NCBI GenBank assembly: GCA_036172245.1
Contig: JAYWIR010000011.1
Location: forward strand, 1,364,001 to 1,428,000
DNA length: 64,000 bases
Source of the DNA: Raillietiella orientalis
Lineage: Eukaryota
Direction: 5' to 3'
Below the pieces are notes generated by a model. The model ran no database searches. It saw nothing but the letters and a program-made list of their open reading frames with translations, and was not told the origin of the DNA. How positions within the stretch are numbered: position 1 is the stretch's first letter; each line of letters starts with the position of its first letter. Positions 24,301 to 38,264 of this stretch are shown here, piece after piece. The translations under genes and the position numbers were made by a program.

Positions 24301-27300
24301 TTGATCTCAGAGTTCTTTCCCGATTCTCTCCTTGAGACCTTTGTGGCTGCTTCTTGATTTCCCGAGCTGCCAGAGCTTTTTATTCTCGCTTTAAGCAGCT
24401 TGTACTATACAGGTGTTAATTGAGTAGCAGTGCTATTCGTTTTATTGGAAGCGTTTTATTGACATTTTGCTAAGAGCAAGATTTCCTATGTGTTGCGACC
24501 GCAGCACCGTTAGACAGAATTGGCATAACCAGCAGCAGGAGCTGTTCAGCTCGGCAACTTATACACATGTGTTCACCTGATGGTGAAAATTCCCAACATG
24601 ATAGCCCAAACTCCCAGGTGCTCAGAAGACAACTTCCAGTGACTTGAACCAAAATGATACATTGCCGGAGATTAGGCGATTCTCCTTTCCCGAGTGACGA
24701 AAAATCCCCGCTCGGTTTGTCACACATCCATTTGCGACTGCTTACACAGACTGCGCTCGCTAAACGCTCTATGAAATGTGTACAAATAAGTACCCTTCCA
24801 CTATTCCGAAAGTGGATTTCATAATTCTAAGGAACTTTCCTGTTTTAGAGCTGGAGCACCAGACACAGCAGCCGACCTACGTGATCTTGGCGGATCGATG
24901 CTCAGAGTTCCTCCAGAATCACGTTGCACACTGAGCGAGGAAGAGGCCAAGGAAATCCCACAAAATGACCTAACGGACCCAATCAAAGTTCCCGTCTACA
25001 CCGATGGCGTTGTAAGTAACTCTGCGACTGCTTTGTTCTTGAATTAGCATCTCTCATTGCGACACGGAGACCGCTTTCGCTTCCGTTCGGAAACCATTCC
25101 GACAAGAAACCTTCTGATCGATAGTCTGAGCACCTAACCAATGTGACACTCTCCATCTTGAAGGGTGAAGAGCGGCAGAAAGTGCTTGCAAGTCTTTCGT
25201 TTCGGCTGATCCACTGAACTTGTAGCTCCTCTTCGTAGGATTACGAAGCACATTCCGTACTAGCGTGAAACTTTGTGAGCTGCAGGCTTTTGTCCCGAAA
25301 ATCCTCTCTTGGAATCTTCATGTGAAGGGAAGTGCTTCTCTTCAAAGACTTGCTGATCGATCTGCTTAGCGGCAGATCCTTGCAGCGCTCAAGAAGCAGC
25401 CTCCCGAGACGATCACGTGAAGCAGTATCTGATGAGAGTACACTTCTTTCCTTGGCCTAAAGATAAGAGAGCAGCTTTCGTTCTGAACAGGGAAAAAGTT
25501 GTTGCGCGCAAGGAAATTCGGAAACCGTGAAATCAATTAGGCGGGATGGTACCTCTTTTACGGAAGCTTTTATGGACCAATTTGGAGTTGCACGCAAAAC
25601 TGCGGAATTCTTGCAGCTCAATACATCCAATGGCCACTTTGTCTCGTATCCGAGACGTGTGTGAATTTTCTGGGAAGGCACTTGTACAAGAAGACACTTT
25701 TATCGAACAAGAAACCCTTTCCTGAAGAAAGTGCATCTTGTTTGATCACTGACACTTCGGTGTATTCCGATAGAAACACAAGAACTGGTTGCACAAGCAT
25801 TTACTCTTTTAAAGCGAAAATTCTGGAGCATTCGCCAAGCGACTGATCCTTTGACTGATCCATTTTTGTCGTTTTCTTGCAGTGGATCTACTTGCGAGTT
25901 AAGGTGGGCAGCCCTCCACAAAGAGTGTTTCTTTCACCGTCTTCTGAGACACCTTTCACTTCTATTCGGATGTACAGGAACTCGGCCCCGGATGCGGAAG
26001 GTAACCACAGCTGGGACTCCCGGGGCTTCTTGTGAGTGCGTGTTCCAGATCTCTCCCATGGATATCGAGCAGAGAACTCGGAGACATACCATCATCTGAA
26101 CTTCAGGAAAGCAAGGTCGCCAGCGTACAACGACCTCTTAAAAGACCTAGTAACGGATAACATAAAGGTGCGTTCTTTAGATGGTAGCTGAAGCAATCAG
26201 ATGTTGCCCTCGCAGTTCAGAACCTTTTGTTTTGTAAGGGCACATCCCATGATCTTTTTTGGCAGTCGCTCAGTTTTTCTTCTTCGAGAATCCTGGAGCT
26301 CCATGCCGTGCCAAACTCTTCATTCTTGACCTTCGTCCCCAGAATTCCTGCTTAAATTTTCAGTGATTTGTTTGTTTCCGTAAAAGTCGTGCTCAAACCG
26401 AAGGACCCGAACAACAACGGTCTGAACAACGGAAAAACATCGCGGAAAGTTTTCACTTTGATGTATTTGTTTACTGATTTTCAGCTGATTTTGGAAGTAC
26501 AGGAAATGCCAGCCCGAAACGTGAAAGATTGTAGCATTTCGCTCGAGAGTGCACCTTTCTCTTCCTTGCAGATGGCAGGAGTAGCTTTCGGAAATGCAAC
26601 TTTCCGGCTGGAAAACTGGGAACGTGATCCGGAAATGAAGCTACACATCGATGGATTCCTGGGGATGACACCGCCTCCTACTCATGGCTTTGACGACTTC
26701 TCCTTTCTGTCGATGCTTGGAGTGAGATGCCCCAAACTGAGGAAGAAATTTTCCTTCGAGTGGCACAGGTACTACCGTTGCAGGCACGAGCACAGTTTCG
26801 GAAACACTTGACCTTTTCAAATGAATGCAGCTTCCGTTTTGCTCCGAGACGTCAGCTTCTCATTCGCCACTGAGGCTGAGCAACGCTACCAATGTGGTGT
26901 TGCAATGGAACAAGTTACATGTGCCCCTTAAGAATTTGAATTAAGAGGCGTAGGCATGATTTTGCTCTAGCATTCATAGCAGTCTCTTTCCTACTGCTGC
27001 GGACAATGATCATTGTACATTGTGACTCGTCTGATAAGAGAACGATTGGTACAATGATGGTCAAGTAGAACACTTGGCGGGAATCCCGGACATTTGTATT
27101 CTTGGAAACTTTTGTTTCTCTTTTTTCGCGGATATTCTGAAACCATTGGAATGTTTCCGACGCTCTCCCGCAGAAGACTTGCTCGAAGTAGTCAGCATTT
27201 TCTCAATGGCAATCCAAAGCATCAGAAAAGATGCTGAGAATGTGATTAAGGCATTATTTTCAAGTGGATAGGCGCCACAGAACACGAGGCAGAGTGTCCA

Positions 27301-30109
27301 CAGTTCCATCTTGACCACGTGTCTTCTGGCCTCCGCAGCCAATTCAAGCATCGATGGTCCAAAAGTGCGTTCTGGATAATATCTAGTTATCAGGGATGAA
27401 ATCAGCATCTTCAAACGCTGGACCATCCGATTCCTTACTTGCAAGAGTGAAAGCATGTATTCGAGATGCGATATGCCCTGCCGCTTCGGGAGAAACGAAT
27501 GCAATTCGCAGTTCTTCAGAAGTCGAAGTACACTCTAGTGCGTTGCAGGAAACGGGCAAAGTTCCGGAAACAAGGGAAAAAGTCCGTCTAGCATGGCTTT
27601 TTGATGGAAACGCTGGTGGATGAACCAGAGTTTCCGTCCACCACTTTCGTGGAATCATGAGGCAAGAAGCACGAACTGCCGCGAATGGTATTTTTGCGCA
27701 CGGCCCCCTTCGTTGGGCGTTCGACCGCGTTTCTGCCCGGTTGCATTCCTCTTGGGCCCCTTTCTTCGTGACCCCGAAGACCGCGGTCATTTCTCGGTAT
27801 TTCTTCTTCCTCCTAAAGACGAGGTGTCCTCTTTCGATACTTCCTGGAGTTTAGCAGACAGAAAAGCAAAAAACAAAGACGAAGGGACTTCTATTTCAAT
27901 CTACTGCTTTTATTGAAGAACTTTTTACGTTTCGTCTTGCAGACCTCTGAAATCAAAAGGTGCAATAGGGAACCTCGTGCTGGGAAGCCGCCTCAGGGAA
28001 ACCTATGGAGGGAATCCCCTAATCCTGATGCCGAACTATACGACGTGGAAATTCCAAATCGAAAGGTGAGGACAAGAAAGCGGAAATCCACACGATGGCT
28101 CATGTGGATTTCTTTGTAGAGCACGTATAGGTAACAGCAACGTCTGCGAAAGAGGTTGCGAGGCCCTATTCCAGTTTCATCTCCACGGAATGAGCGTTTC
28201 CCGAGACATCTACAGCACCTTCGCAGGAATCATGAAAATGGACGCATATCCGCCTGCCAAAAAGTTTCCTAGAGTGAGTCCTAGCGTTTTCTCGACTTGC
28301 GATAACTTGGCACGCAGGTGGCCTGTTCCCAGATGAAGACGTTCCCAAATTTCACATTCACCATCGATAACAGGACATTCCGCCTGACTTACAAGGATTA
28401 TTTCAGGAAGGTAATTCGTGAGCGCCTTCAAAGCACGGTGATGGAAAGCCATTTCAGGTGAAGCCCGAAGGGATCCCGCAGTGGGTATGCAAAAGCCTGA
28501 TCCGGATGCATCCCTCCGACACGAAATCCATAAGACTGGGAAGCATCTTCCTGAAGAAGTTCCCTACGGAATTTGACTACCAGATGAAAAGCATCAGTAT
28601 CTACGCGAAGAAAAAAATCATAAAAAGATGATTTCCATGTCTTTTACGAAATCAACCTCATGTGGTCTTCTCAAGCAAATGTTCCTGTTTTACAGTTCCC
28701 CAGGATACTGTGCAATAAACGATGGCAACGGAAGTCAAATCAGCGAACGCGATTGGAGATTTCCAGAATCACTCGGTCACTCAATCATGGACAAACCTTC
28801 CAATAGTGTTATGCGCGACGTGTTCAACTTGAATTACCCTGTAGTATTTAGTTGAAAACCTGGAAAATTAAGCTCTCTCGTATTCCTAGCCAGTCTTAAA
28901 TGCTGGCTCATTCACGAGCACCTGTTCCCCTGGAAACGGAGGATTCGTCTTACGAAGCGAAGTTTTGGAACTGGAGGCAGCCAGAGAAGTATTCGCGCCT
29001 ATGCCTTCAGACCTCGACGATATCAGTTAATGATTTCGAATGACCAGGAGAAACGAGAGGGAGAGAAAAGTGAAGGAAACCAAAGCGTCCACTCTTTCCC
29101 ACAAGCACGCCGCAGTCAAAACTCACTGAGGTTTCGAACCCAGATCTGCAACTGCGACGAGAAGTCCAATACGAGAATGTTGAATTCCCGGTGCACGCAT
29201 ACGGAAGAGCGATTCCGCGGGTCTTCCGATGGCATTTTGCATGGCTCTCCGGAAGTTCTGTTTCGTCAGAGCTTCTGATTACATAATCAGGACAGAACTT
29301 GGGTCACTGAAGCACAAGGCGAAGACGGGAGGTCACGGCTGCACTTGCGCAGGGCGCGTTCGAGCTCCGTGTTCTTTAAAGCAGCCTTTTCTACATAGGA
29401 AACTTTCTCATGTCTTAGGAACACAAAAATGCACGACTTGGCAGTAATAAGTGATTCTATCATCTGTATGCTGATTTCAAGGAAGGAACCTAATGGTTTT
29501 CACCCACTGAAAGGAAGACTCGCCCTTATCATCGTTCACCATGAAAAATATCCCGTTTTGAGCTGGAATCCGTTCGTCACAGAACTACTTCCTTCTATTC
29601 CAAAGTTATATTTAGTGTGAAAAACAGCATGATGAGGATCTGAAGGATCATACAAAAAGATAAAGAACGAGGCTCACCATTTTTTCCTTTGCCTTCTTGC
29701 TCTCAACTCTTGAGTTGCGCTTTTTCGTTTTTCCCATGATTTCTGTGATGAGCCGAGAGGCGAACCATTTGGCATCCACTGATGATTGAGCAAGGATCTT
29801 TTTATGGAAAGGAAACGCTGCAACCCAAGTACACAGATCGATGAGAAATTCAGAGACAAGAGGATAATTTCGAATGTCCTCGTTAGACAGTCCGAGCAAC
29901 CTTAGCCATTTTGTCAAGACATGTGTGATGCTGCAGTCTTCCGTCACGTTGTCTTTCGAATGAAATGGAGACATCGGTATCGCTGAAGAACTCGTTGACT
30001 ATCAGCAGAAGACAGCATGGAAGAACAATTGGAGCAAATTCAGCACTTTGATGGAGCAGAAACTTGTCAGAGTACGGAAAAAAAGGAAGGATGGGAGCAG
30101 TCTTCAACT

Positions 30110-31160
30110 CCAGCGCCTAAGAGACCGTGAATCATGGGGAACTGTCCCTCCCACGCCGCACCAACAAACATCTGGGAACTGAGTTCCCAGATGTTTGTTG
30201 GGACAGGCCAAGGGACTAGAAGTTCAAAGGCAGGGCTCCCCGACACGCAGGTAGGGCACACCGAAAGTTTAGAACGGGAGGGAGGGAACAACAAATAATT
30301 AGAAAAATACAAAAGAGACATGAGGATCAGAAAACAGGGGTCTTTGATATGAACCGTTCCTTACTCTCAGAAACAGCTCTCCTTCCTCATATCTTCTTTA
30401 AGATGAGGCCACCTAGCAGCCATCCTGATGTGGGCGTCTGCAATCCTGACGACCTCTCTTGGAACCGTTCATGACTCCAACAGGTGTTTGGACAACACGA
30501 TGGCGCGGATGCAAGTGATCGTTGCAATGACCACTCCTGGCGAGAGAAGGACACGTGTGAAGAAGCAGCGCATAACGTTGAAGGCGTTGTCTCCCGGGTG
30601 CAGGAGAGCTGAAGGCAGCCTCTGCCACAGTCCTTGAAAGGCACCGCATTTTGAAGAACAGCTGTGGGAGCGATTCCACTGCTCTGTACCTTCTGTACTT
30701 CGGGGAGGCAACTTCCTCGGATCCAACGTTGGTGCACTGGCTGCAATGGAAGCCCCAATGCAACTGGAGAAGCGCGTCCTGTTTCCACGGAAGAAGGAAC
30801 ACAGAAGTGTCTACGCACGAGGGAGGGACCACAAGTTCTGGGGACACACGAAACTGCTCGCGCCACCGTAGGATTCCCTTCGCACAATTACAAAGAGTAG
30901 CGGCCTCTGCCAGTCCGTTCGTCTTCCAGCCGCCCAAGGGTCTGGTTTCTCCAGAAAGCGTGTAGGAGACCTCCAACCCGCAAATAGGCAACTGTCATTG
31001 CTTGCTCTGAGGGCAGGCAGCCCTCCGGCAGCTCGGAGAACTCATGGGCCTCTCGTGCGTTCGAAAGGCTCACTGCACTCCCGTTGCTGCGACGCGCTGA
31101 TCACCATTCTCTTGATTGGACGGCGTGCCTGTGCGGCGCGGGGTTCTGCAAGGAAACTGT
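30110..31160 (-). mobile_element. Tx1/L1-like 3' fragment, subfamily B
   Basis: LGGWKTNGLAEAAT..ELVVPPSCVDTSVFLLPWKQDALLQLHWGF..GVVIATITCIRAIV, homologous to 13450-14100. Confidence 0.85.
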
Positions 31161-31179
31161 CTCAGTCCTCTGCCCTGTA

Positions 31180-31500
31180 GCACCTACTTTGATTCGGTGC
31201 AGAGGTCATGCAGGGCCACTGAGGCTACTTTGCGGTGTGTCTGCCGCAACTGTGCATGACGTCTGCCTTTTCTTACTGCTCTCCTTGTCCACCCCGGTAA
31301 AAGCAACAGAGATCTTCCTCGAGTTAGTGAGTCTTGGAGTGGGCGTGATGGGGAGCAGAAGGAAGCCTTTGGTGGTGGCAGCTGAGGTGGTACGGGCTAA
31401 GCGGCCGCAATGGAGCAGCTTGGAGATTCTCATGGGCAGATATTCGAAGTACCTCAGGCGTTTCGTTATTTGATCTCTCCTTGGTGGAAAGGTGCTGCTA
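31180..31500 (+). mobile_element. Decayed Tx1/L1-like RT (motifs 5-7) fragment
   Basis: AATVHDVCLFLLLSLSTPVKATEIFLELVSLGVG..RPQWSSLEILMGRYSKYL aligns to SAYADDLLLLLPMSAPATAVEYFFDLLRRGTG..RPDWIRLRIPTGGYLQYL. Confidence 0.7.
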
Positions 31501-31599
31501 TCGTGTAAAGAAAACAGAATAGCCGTTTCACCCGTTTCTGGGAGGCAAGTCCGAGATGCCGGAATGTGTCAAGGAGTGGAAAACGTCCAGGGTTTTCTC

Positions 31600-33600
31600 T
31601 TCTGGTCCTGCTTTGTGCACGTCTTGCCTCCCGAAATGTGAAAAAGCAAGCTGGGGACCACTTGCGAAAGACCCTTTGAGCGACAAGGAGGCTCCATGTC
31701 CGCTTGAAGAACTTGATGCACCGCAGAAGACAGAATTCTACGACTTCTCACGATGGAGTGTTTGGAGCGTCAGCTCCAGTGGAGAACCTAAGCATTCGTA
31801 ACGAGGGTTTCGGAGCGGCCATACTAGTGAGTAGCTGCACTCCTGCTGGTCAGGCAAGACACAGGATGGGAGGGAATTTCTTCCCGTCTTGCACGCCCCC
31901 TCAGCGTCGTGGCTTAATGCAGACTTCAGCTGCGGACTGGTGGCGGCCAGGATCAGGGAAAATAGCCGCATCTCTTGTCGCCTCGCGAACGGTAGTCTGG
32001 CTGCAGGAATCCATTGGCACGTGAGAGGATCATAACAACGCGCGTACGGAGTCACGGCAGAGACTGCTGTACTCATTCTACAACTGCTGATCGCTGCAGG
32101 ACATCGTTGTATTTCGCGAAAAGTGTGCGTAGACCGGACATTGTCCCTTTTGGCGACGCAGCCTCCCCTGAGAGCCATCTCGGGAGCAATCTACCGGCAG
32201 GGTGGGAGTTGTCCTGCAAGGTGAATTCTAGGAGAAGGATCTGCTTGGTTGATTCATGGGCCACCTTACAGACTCTGGGAATGCTAATGCCTGTCGGCGA
32301 GCCACTGGGCCGGAGCGAGCTACTGGAAATTGCATCTGAGGATCTGAAGTAGACCCCTGGGCTACGGAATACTGAGCCCGTTGTTCCCAAAGTGAAGGAA
32401 GCCAGCGATTCTTCAGTTGCATTGAGGACTCTTGCGCAACGCCCGTTAGCATCACTGGACACAGGCGTTTGCGAACTTAAACCTCAGCATTGACGGAGAA
32501 AGAGTCCCTCTCGACCCTGCTTGCGGATTTCATTGCCCTCCGTGCAGAATGAGAACGCTTTGCAGAAACCCTGCGGACCCTTCTACGGTAACTTCGGAAA
32601 AATTTTCAAGCGTCCCTTTGGGCTTGATGTGGAGACGTCAGCCGCGTCCTTAGCAGTACCTATGAGGGTTGCGGCTGCCGGGAACGCCACCAAAAGAGGT
32701 GGAAACGGCAAGAAAACTGTGGCGCTTCACTTCATGAGAAGAGCATCGAATCGGCCTCGACCAAGCCATTTAGAAAAAGAACAGAAGAATCCAGCCGAGG
32801 ATTACATCACCATCTTTGCATCTTTGTCCACCGCAATAAACGCCCATGGCAACCATGTAGGAAATCTTTCTCCATAGCAAAGACGCGCTCCGCTACTACG
32901 GTCCAGTCGTTGATTCTCTCGAGAGGGAGCATTCTGTTGTTGCGCATCTCACGAGTGTCTTTTTCGGCATATGACATGCTTTGCTAGAGAGGCTCGTCGC
33001 TTGCTCCCCGGAAGATTCCACTCTTATTGGTCGTGGTTTTACGCGTGATTTGTTTGGCTAGTGGAAGACGATGTTTCACTTTGCTGTCCCCGGCTGGACC
33101 AGCTCCTCCATTTTCTATCATGTTTCCACCTCCGTCGCTGCGTGCAACCACATCCACATCACAGACCTCGGTTTCCAAGCGTTCCTTTCAGGTGAGCCTC
33201 CAGAAACCTTGAGCTTTGCTCTGAATAGCTCATCGCCTGCCCTCTAGGTGCCCCCGTGATAACGCATGCCTGCATGCCCTCCATGTTCGGGTTGCATCAG
33301 GTAGAGACAACCTACGGGTTCATCTCCGAAGGATGACCGACCTCTATCATTCAACCTCAACAGCACTGTGGCGAGTCCACAGAGAACCCTTTTATGGTCC
33401 ACAGAAGGGCTGATACAGGTCTTCAGCGCATGGATGGTTCCGTATTTCATCATCCGCGCATCCATGACACCTTCTGCCATGCGAAGCGGGATGCCTGGAG
33501 ATGTGTCGCGACCCTGCTCGAATGAGCGGTGAGATGCAGCAGCCTCTCTGGTAGAGAGAAACAGAACGAAAGTACCCAGTGGGAAGTCAAGAAGCAATGG
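31600..33600 (-). mobile_element. Decayed Tx1/L1-like ORF1 fragments (two pieces, ~31600-32560 and ~33250-33600)
   Basis: MKYGTIHALKTCISP..RVLCGLATVLLRL..CLYLMQPEHGGHAG parallels FATVHALW..FSCGLATARVTM..FAGQTPACG at 7300-7500. Confidence 0.6.
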
Positions 33601-36600
33601 ATAAGCGTGCTGATGTGTACCCGAACGATGGTGAGGACGACAGCCGCCTTCCACAGCAGCATGAAGAGGCCCAACATGGAAAATGGTTGCACGGCAGCCG
33701 CGAACGTCACGACGTCACTTGTCCATTTCGGAATGAGTACAGCAAGCCCTGGGGAGTTCGTCACGACGAACCAACCCACGAGCCCATTTGAAGGTCGGCT
33801 CAAGGCACAGTGGGGACCGTCGGCAGGTTACTCACCAGGCCGAACCCACGGAAATAGGGAAGCGGCCGAACAAAGAGTTCGGTGCGGCGCCGCTGATGCG
33901 CTGGTGCTCTGTGTATGCATTTCCCCCGTTTGTTTGCATTGACTGCTGTTCAGAAGGACGCGAGCGCAAAACACGCTTACACTTATCTTCCAGAATTCGT
34001 GGGAAAATAAATTCCCTGGACGGCGAAGGAATCGCCGTGGCTGCGTGCGCGAGCAGTTCTTGCGCATTAGGAAACGCATCTCGAGTTTCCGGCGATGCGA
34101 TCACCTCCTCCGCAACCTTTGTTAACTCAGACCAAGTCTTCAGGGCAAGAGGTGGCACGTCGATGGTACAGGGGAGGTTGCGATATCTCTTGGAGATAGA
34201 AGAACACTCGGTCCTGTTGGAATGAGCGTTCTTGCATATCTTCCAGTATGCTATCCTTGGAACATTGAAGACCACGTGCTCCAGAGCTATTCGCAAAAGT
34301 GTTTTGGTTGTCCACAGTCGATGAGCTCCAAGATCTGTACGCGAGTGTTGCGATCCACCCTTCTGCTCGATGGCCAGCCACCTTGGATGACTGCACTTGC
34401 AGAAAAGACAGATGCGGACTTGCCTTTGTGCGAAACTGTTGAGTGTATCAAATCATCCGGTGCCAGTCAGAACAAGTGCCATCAAGAACGCGATCTCGAA
34501 GCCAGTTTGGAAAAACACAGAAAAGGCAGCGTTTCCTAGGTAACAGCTTTCACTCACTTGTTAGCTACTAATCTTTCTCTTATCCTTCTCTTCAGATTTG
34601 GATTCTTCAAGAAGTTCGGCAACGAAAACTTTGGAGATAATTTTTTTAAAGCAAAAAATTCGGTTTTCTTTAACATACCCTCACCATGACTGTTAAAGAT
34701 ACAGATCGGGGAAGTTTACCTTCTAAAAAATATATTGTCAGAAATCAGAAGATTACATTTCTGGATGGCATCGCTTGAACACTACAAGTCGATCTTCGAA
34801 TCGGGAAGCTTTTGGCATTTCGACAGCAAAATTCCGAGTGGGACTTAGATAGTAGTATTACCAGGCATTCAGCCCTTTTTTCTGAGCAGCCTCGTTCTAA
34901 GGGGATGCCAGCGAATCGAGGATCTCGACGAGCTATTCCTGTTTAACGATTACAACAGCATGAGATTCATCGGGATGATCATGCAAATCATAGAAGACCA
35001 GCGAGGAGCATTCATGTTAGACGCTCATTTCCTGGTACTTACGCTCTTGTGCTGGAAAATCTTCTCTGGGGAGTAGGCCGCATCTAATCGAAATACTAAT
35101 GGGTTCAACTGGTTACACAAGGTTCATTTCACCCCAACCACCGAATTGAGCTCCATGAGCACAATCGTCCAAGCAGTCGAGATGCCATCCACGTTTTCTG
35201 CATACTGCGGTCATGGACAGAAAAGTGCGAACCAAAAAAGAGCGGAAAAAATCGCATGCGAACAAACGCGAAGCGATGGGTGCCGCAGCGATTGGGACGC
35301 CTCAGGCGTCCCATCGGGGCTCCGCGAAAACCTATGACCTCGTCCCGAACGAGGAACGGGACTCGAAACAGCAAGCAGTACCGGACGCGTACATTGCGAC
35401 TCCGTCTGGACGAGACGGCTGTGTGGTCACAAGCATCAGGAAACTTCGTCTGCTCTTCCCTGGCCGTCTAGGTGGTCAAAGGGTGCTCTTCATTCTTGCT
35501 GGGAAGAAGAAGAGCGGAATCCCTGCCTCAGACAGTCAGTGCCGGTGGCCGTGGGACCACCAATCCGGTACAGAGGACTGCGGGCTTTCAAAAACTCGCT
35601 AATGGAGCCTCAGGACTTTCCCAAAAGTACGAGCTGTTTGGGGCAGGATCCGGGTGAAGTGCATCCAGGGTCTTCAGAGTACAGATAGGGAGAAGGTTTG
35701 CCGCAAGTCGAATCAAGAAGAACCTCCAGTATTCCACACTGGTGGCTCCTCCAGAGGCTTACGACGGAGACGTCCTGTTGCGACTAAGTCGAAGGCGCCC
35801 TTGGCGTCACATGGAGAGAGGCATGTGACCTCAAACGTGGTGGCAGCATCCCTCCTCTCGGATTCCCCACGATGGTAAAGCAACAGCCTCCGAGTGCCTG
35901 ATGCACCAAGCAAAATGGAAACCTCCTTTCAGTGTCGAATTCTCAGAAGTCCAGGTCTTCTTGGGTACCACCAGCATGAGCAGGTCACCCACTCTCCATC
36001 ACAACAAATGGGAAGAATTGCTTACCTCCATCCATTTGTGATTCCCGGAAATAACCGCTTCCCCGCCTTCGCAGTGGTATTCCTATCCGTTTCCTTAGCA
36101 GCCACTTGGCATCAGCTCGCCACGTCTCAGGTCAGAATCCTACGCCATTGGTTGATCCGCCCTGCCCTTCCACAGTAAACCCGGTCATCTCAGCATGTCC
36201 GGCAATTTCTTCGGAATGGATGAATGGGCCATGGAATGAAACAGTGAAAAAGCACCCCCAACGTTGCTGTGGTTCAGTCGACTTTTGCTTGAGCTCTTGC
36301 TGCTTCTCTTGCTTCCACCTTCTCATCTTGGAGCCATTTATTCCTGCCATGGCGCCGGAAAGCAATCCGGAGCTGCAGAAGTTTGGTCCGTGTGAGGAAA
36401 CCCTCGGCCTCCAAGATCTACGTAGAGACTACGAACGTCCGTACCCGACGGGAAATTCTGAATTTCAGGGATCCTCTCAATCCCTCTCATGACCATCCTT
36501 TCGCCTTCAGTGGCCAAGTGCACCCGTCTACTTAGAACACCGCTCCCATCCATGCGACCATCTCCCAGACCGCTTAGGGAACTTCTTCCTCCGCAAAGTG

Positions 36601-38264
36601 GACCACAACAATCCTTCAAAAGTTAGCCAGTGCCCACCCATGCCCTAATTAACAACCCGCAAGTCCATAAATTCAAATTACCTACGGACAAAATCAACGA
36701 TCTCAGCGCTCTCTTGTTCCTACCCAATCTCATCCCTACTATTATTGTGTAACCATCCAAATTGCTAAATATAAATTCATAAGACCAAACGCCTGAGTGG
36801 TTAGGAGACACAGCACTATTTTCTATCTTATTTCATTACACGGGTTTCGCTATCGGTTGCATTCACAGTCATCACCATCCTCCAAGAATCAACCCCAACT
36901 CAACAGACCCAACTCAACACGTGCTGCCCTCTCAATTGAAAAAAAAAAGGGGGGGGGCACCCAATCGTCTTCCTCCACTTATGGATAACTGGAAACATTC
37001 ATACGTCAAATAATCGCCGCCGAACAGAACAGAAGTGCATTTTCTACGTACAGAATCCACTGTATTGAATCAGGAAGATCCGTGCTTTGAATATAAGTTT
37101 CTAATTCATTCCAATCTGGGGAACATGTAAGATGGAGTCACTCTCCCCATTCTACTTGCCTCTTCTTCCTCAACTCCATTTCCCATCACCACGAATTGTG
37201 CGCACCGCGAACAATTATACATCCGTAATACAGAAGGCAACCCATAATTATCGATGCGGAGACCATCTTCTGATTCGACCGATGTCACTTCTGTGCAACC
37301 TCCGGTGCATGGAGAATGCTGCGCCCTATCTGATGTGACACCATAGAAATAGGTGATCAATGAATCCATCCATTCCGTCCTCCTCGAAAATATTCGCTAT
37401 GAAATCCTACCACAACACAAAATTCTATTCGTGCATCCAGATTTGTCCTGCAAACATTCTGCATGTTGCTGAGGACTACCTGAAGTCATCAACCGAATGC
37501 AGGGGTGAGAAAACATATCGCGTAAACAGCACCACAGGTCATTAAGCAACCGTCGAACCACCGTGCAATTAATTAGGGTTCTTGGCGTCCTTGCTGCTTC
37601 CTGGTCGCCTTTGCAAAAATTCCTGGACTCCTCTTCCCATTAAGCAGAGCACATTGTGTAAGCATACACTTAGAACTGTGTTCTCGCTGCTCATTCTTGT
37701 CCATTTAAGTTGGCCTCGCAGGTTGGTCTCTGTGCGGATGCTAGGTCGTCCCTCAGCGACCTCGTTTCCCATCAATGTTCCCATCTTTTCTCTAGGACTC
37801 GCATATCTGTGTGCACCAGTGGAGTGAATACCTCGGGTAAAGATGCACTTCCCACAGCACAAGATGGTGAGAAGAACAAAGTGACGCTTTCTGAAGTTAC
37901 TCACGAAGGAAGGATGCCGTTCCCTCTGGGCAACACCGTAGAATCAGGATCGACCAATCGATCACTCGTCAGTCCCTCCTCTAACCTCTGAAAAGAAAAC
38001 GGAACCATCATTTGGAGCGTCAAAAGAGTTGCTAGGACGCACCCGTCGAGCATGCAAAATTCCACATTTGTTGATTTCATCCTTCCAACCACTTCCACCA
38101 CCTCCGTCTTCAAGCCAAGAAGAGCTCAGCCAGGTCAACGTAAACCTAAATCTGGCATCGCCTTCCGCAATCGCAATCAGAAGAACATCGTTGTCCTATA
38201 ATTGCCCTCCAAGCATACGTTTCGAAGACGCCCGACTTCTGCCCGACTACTCACCAGTCCGCTG

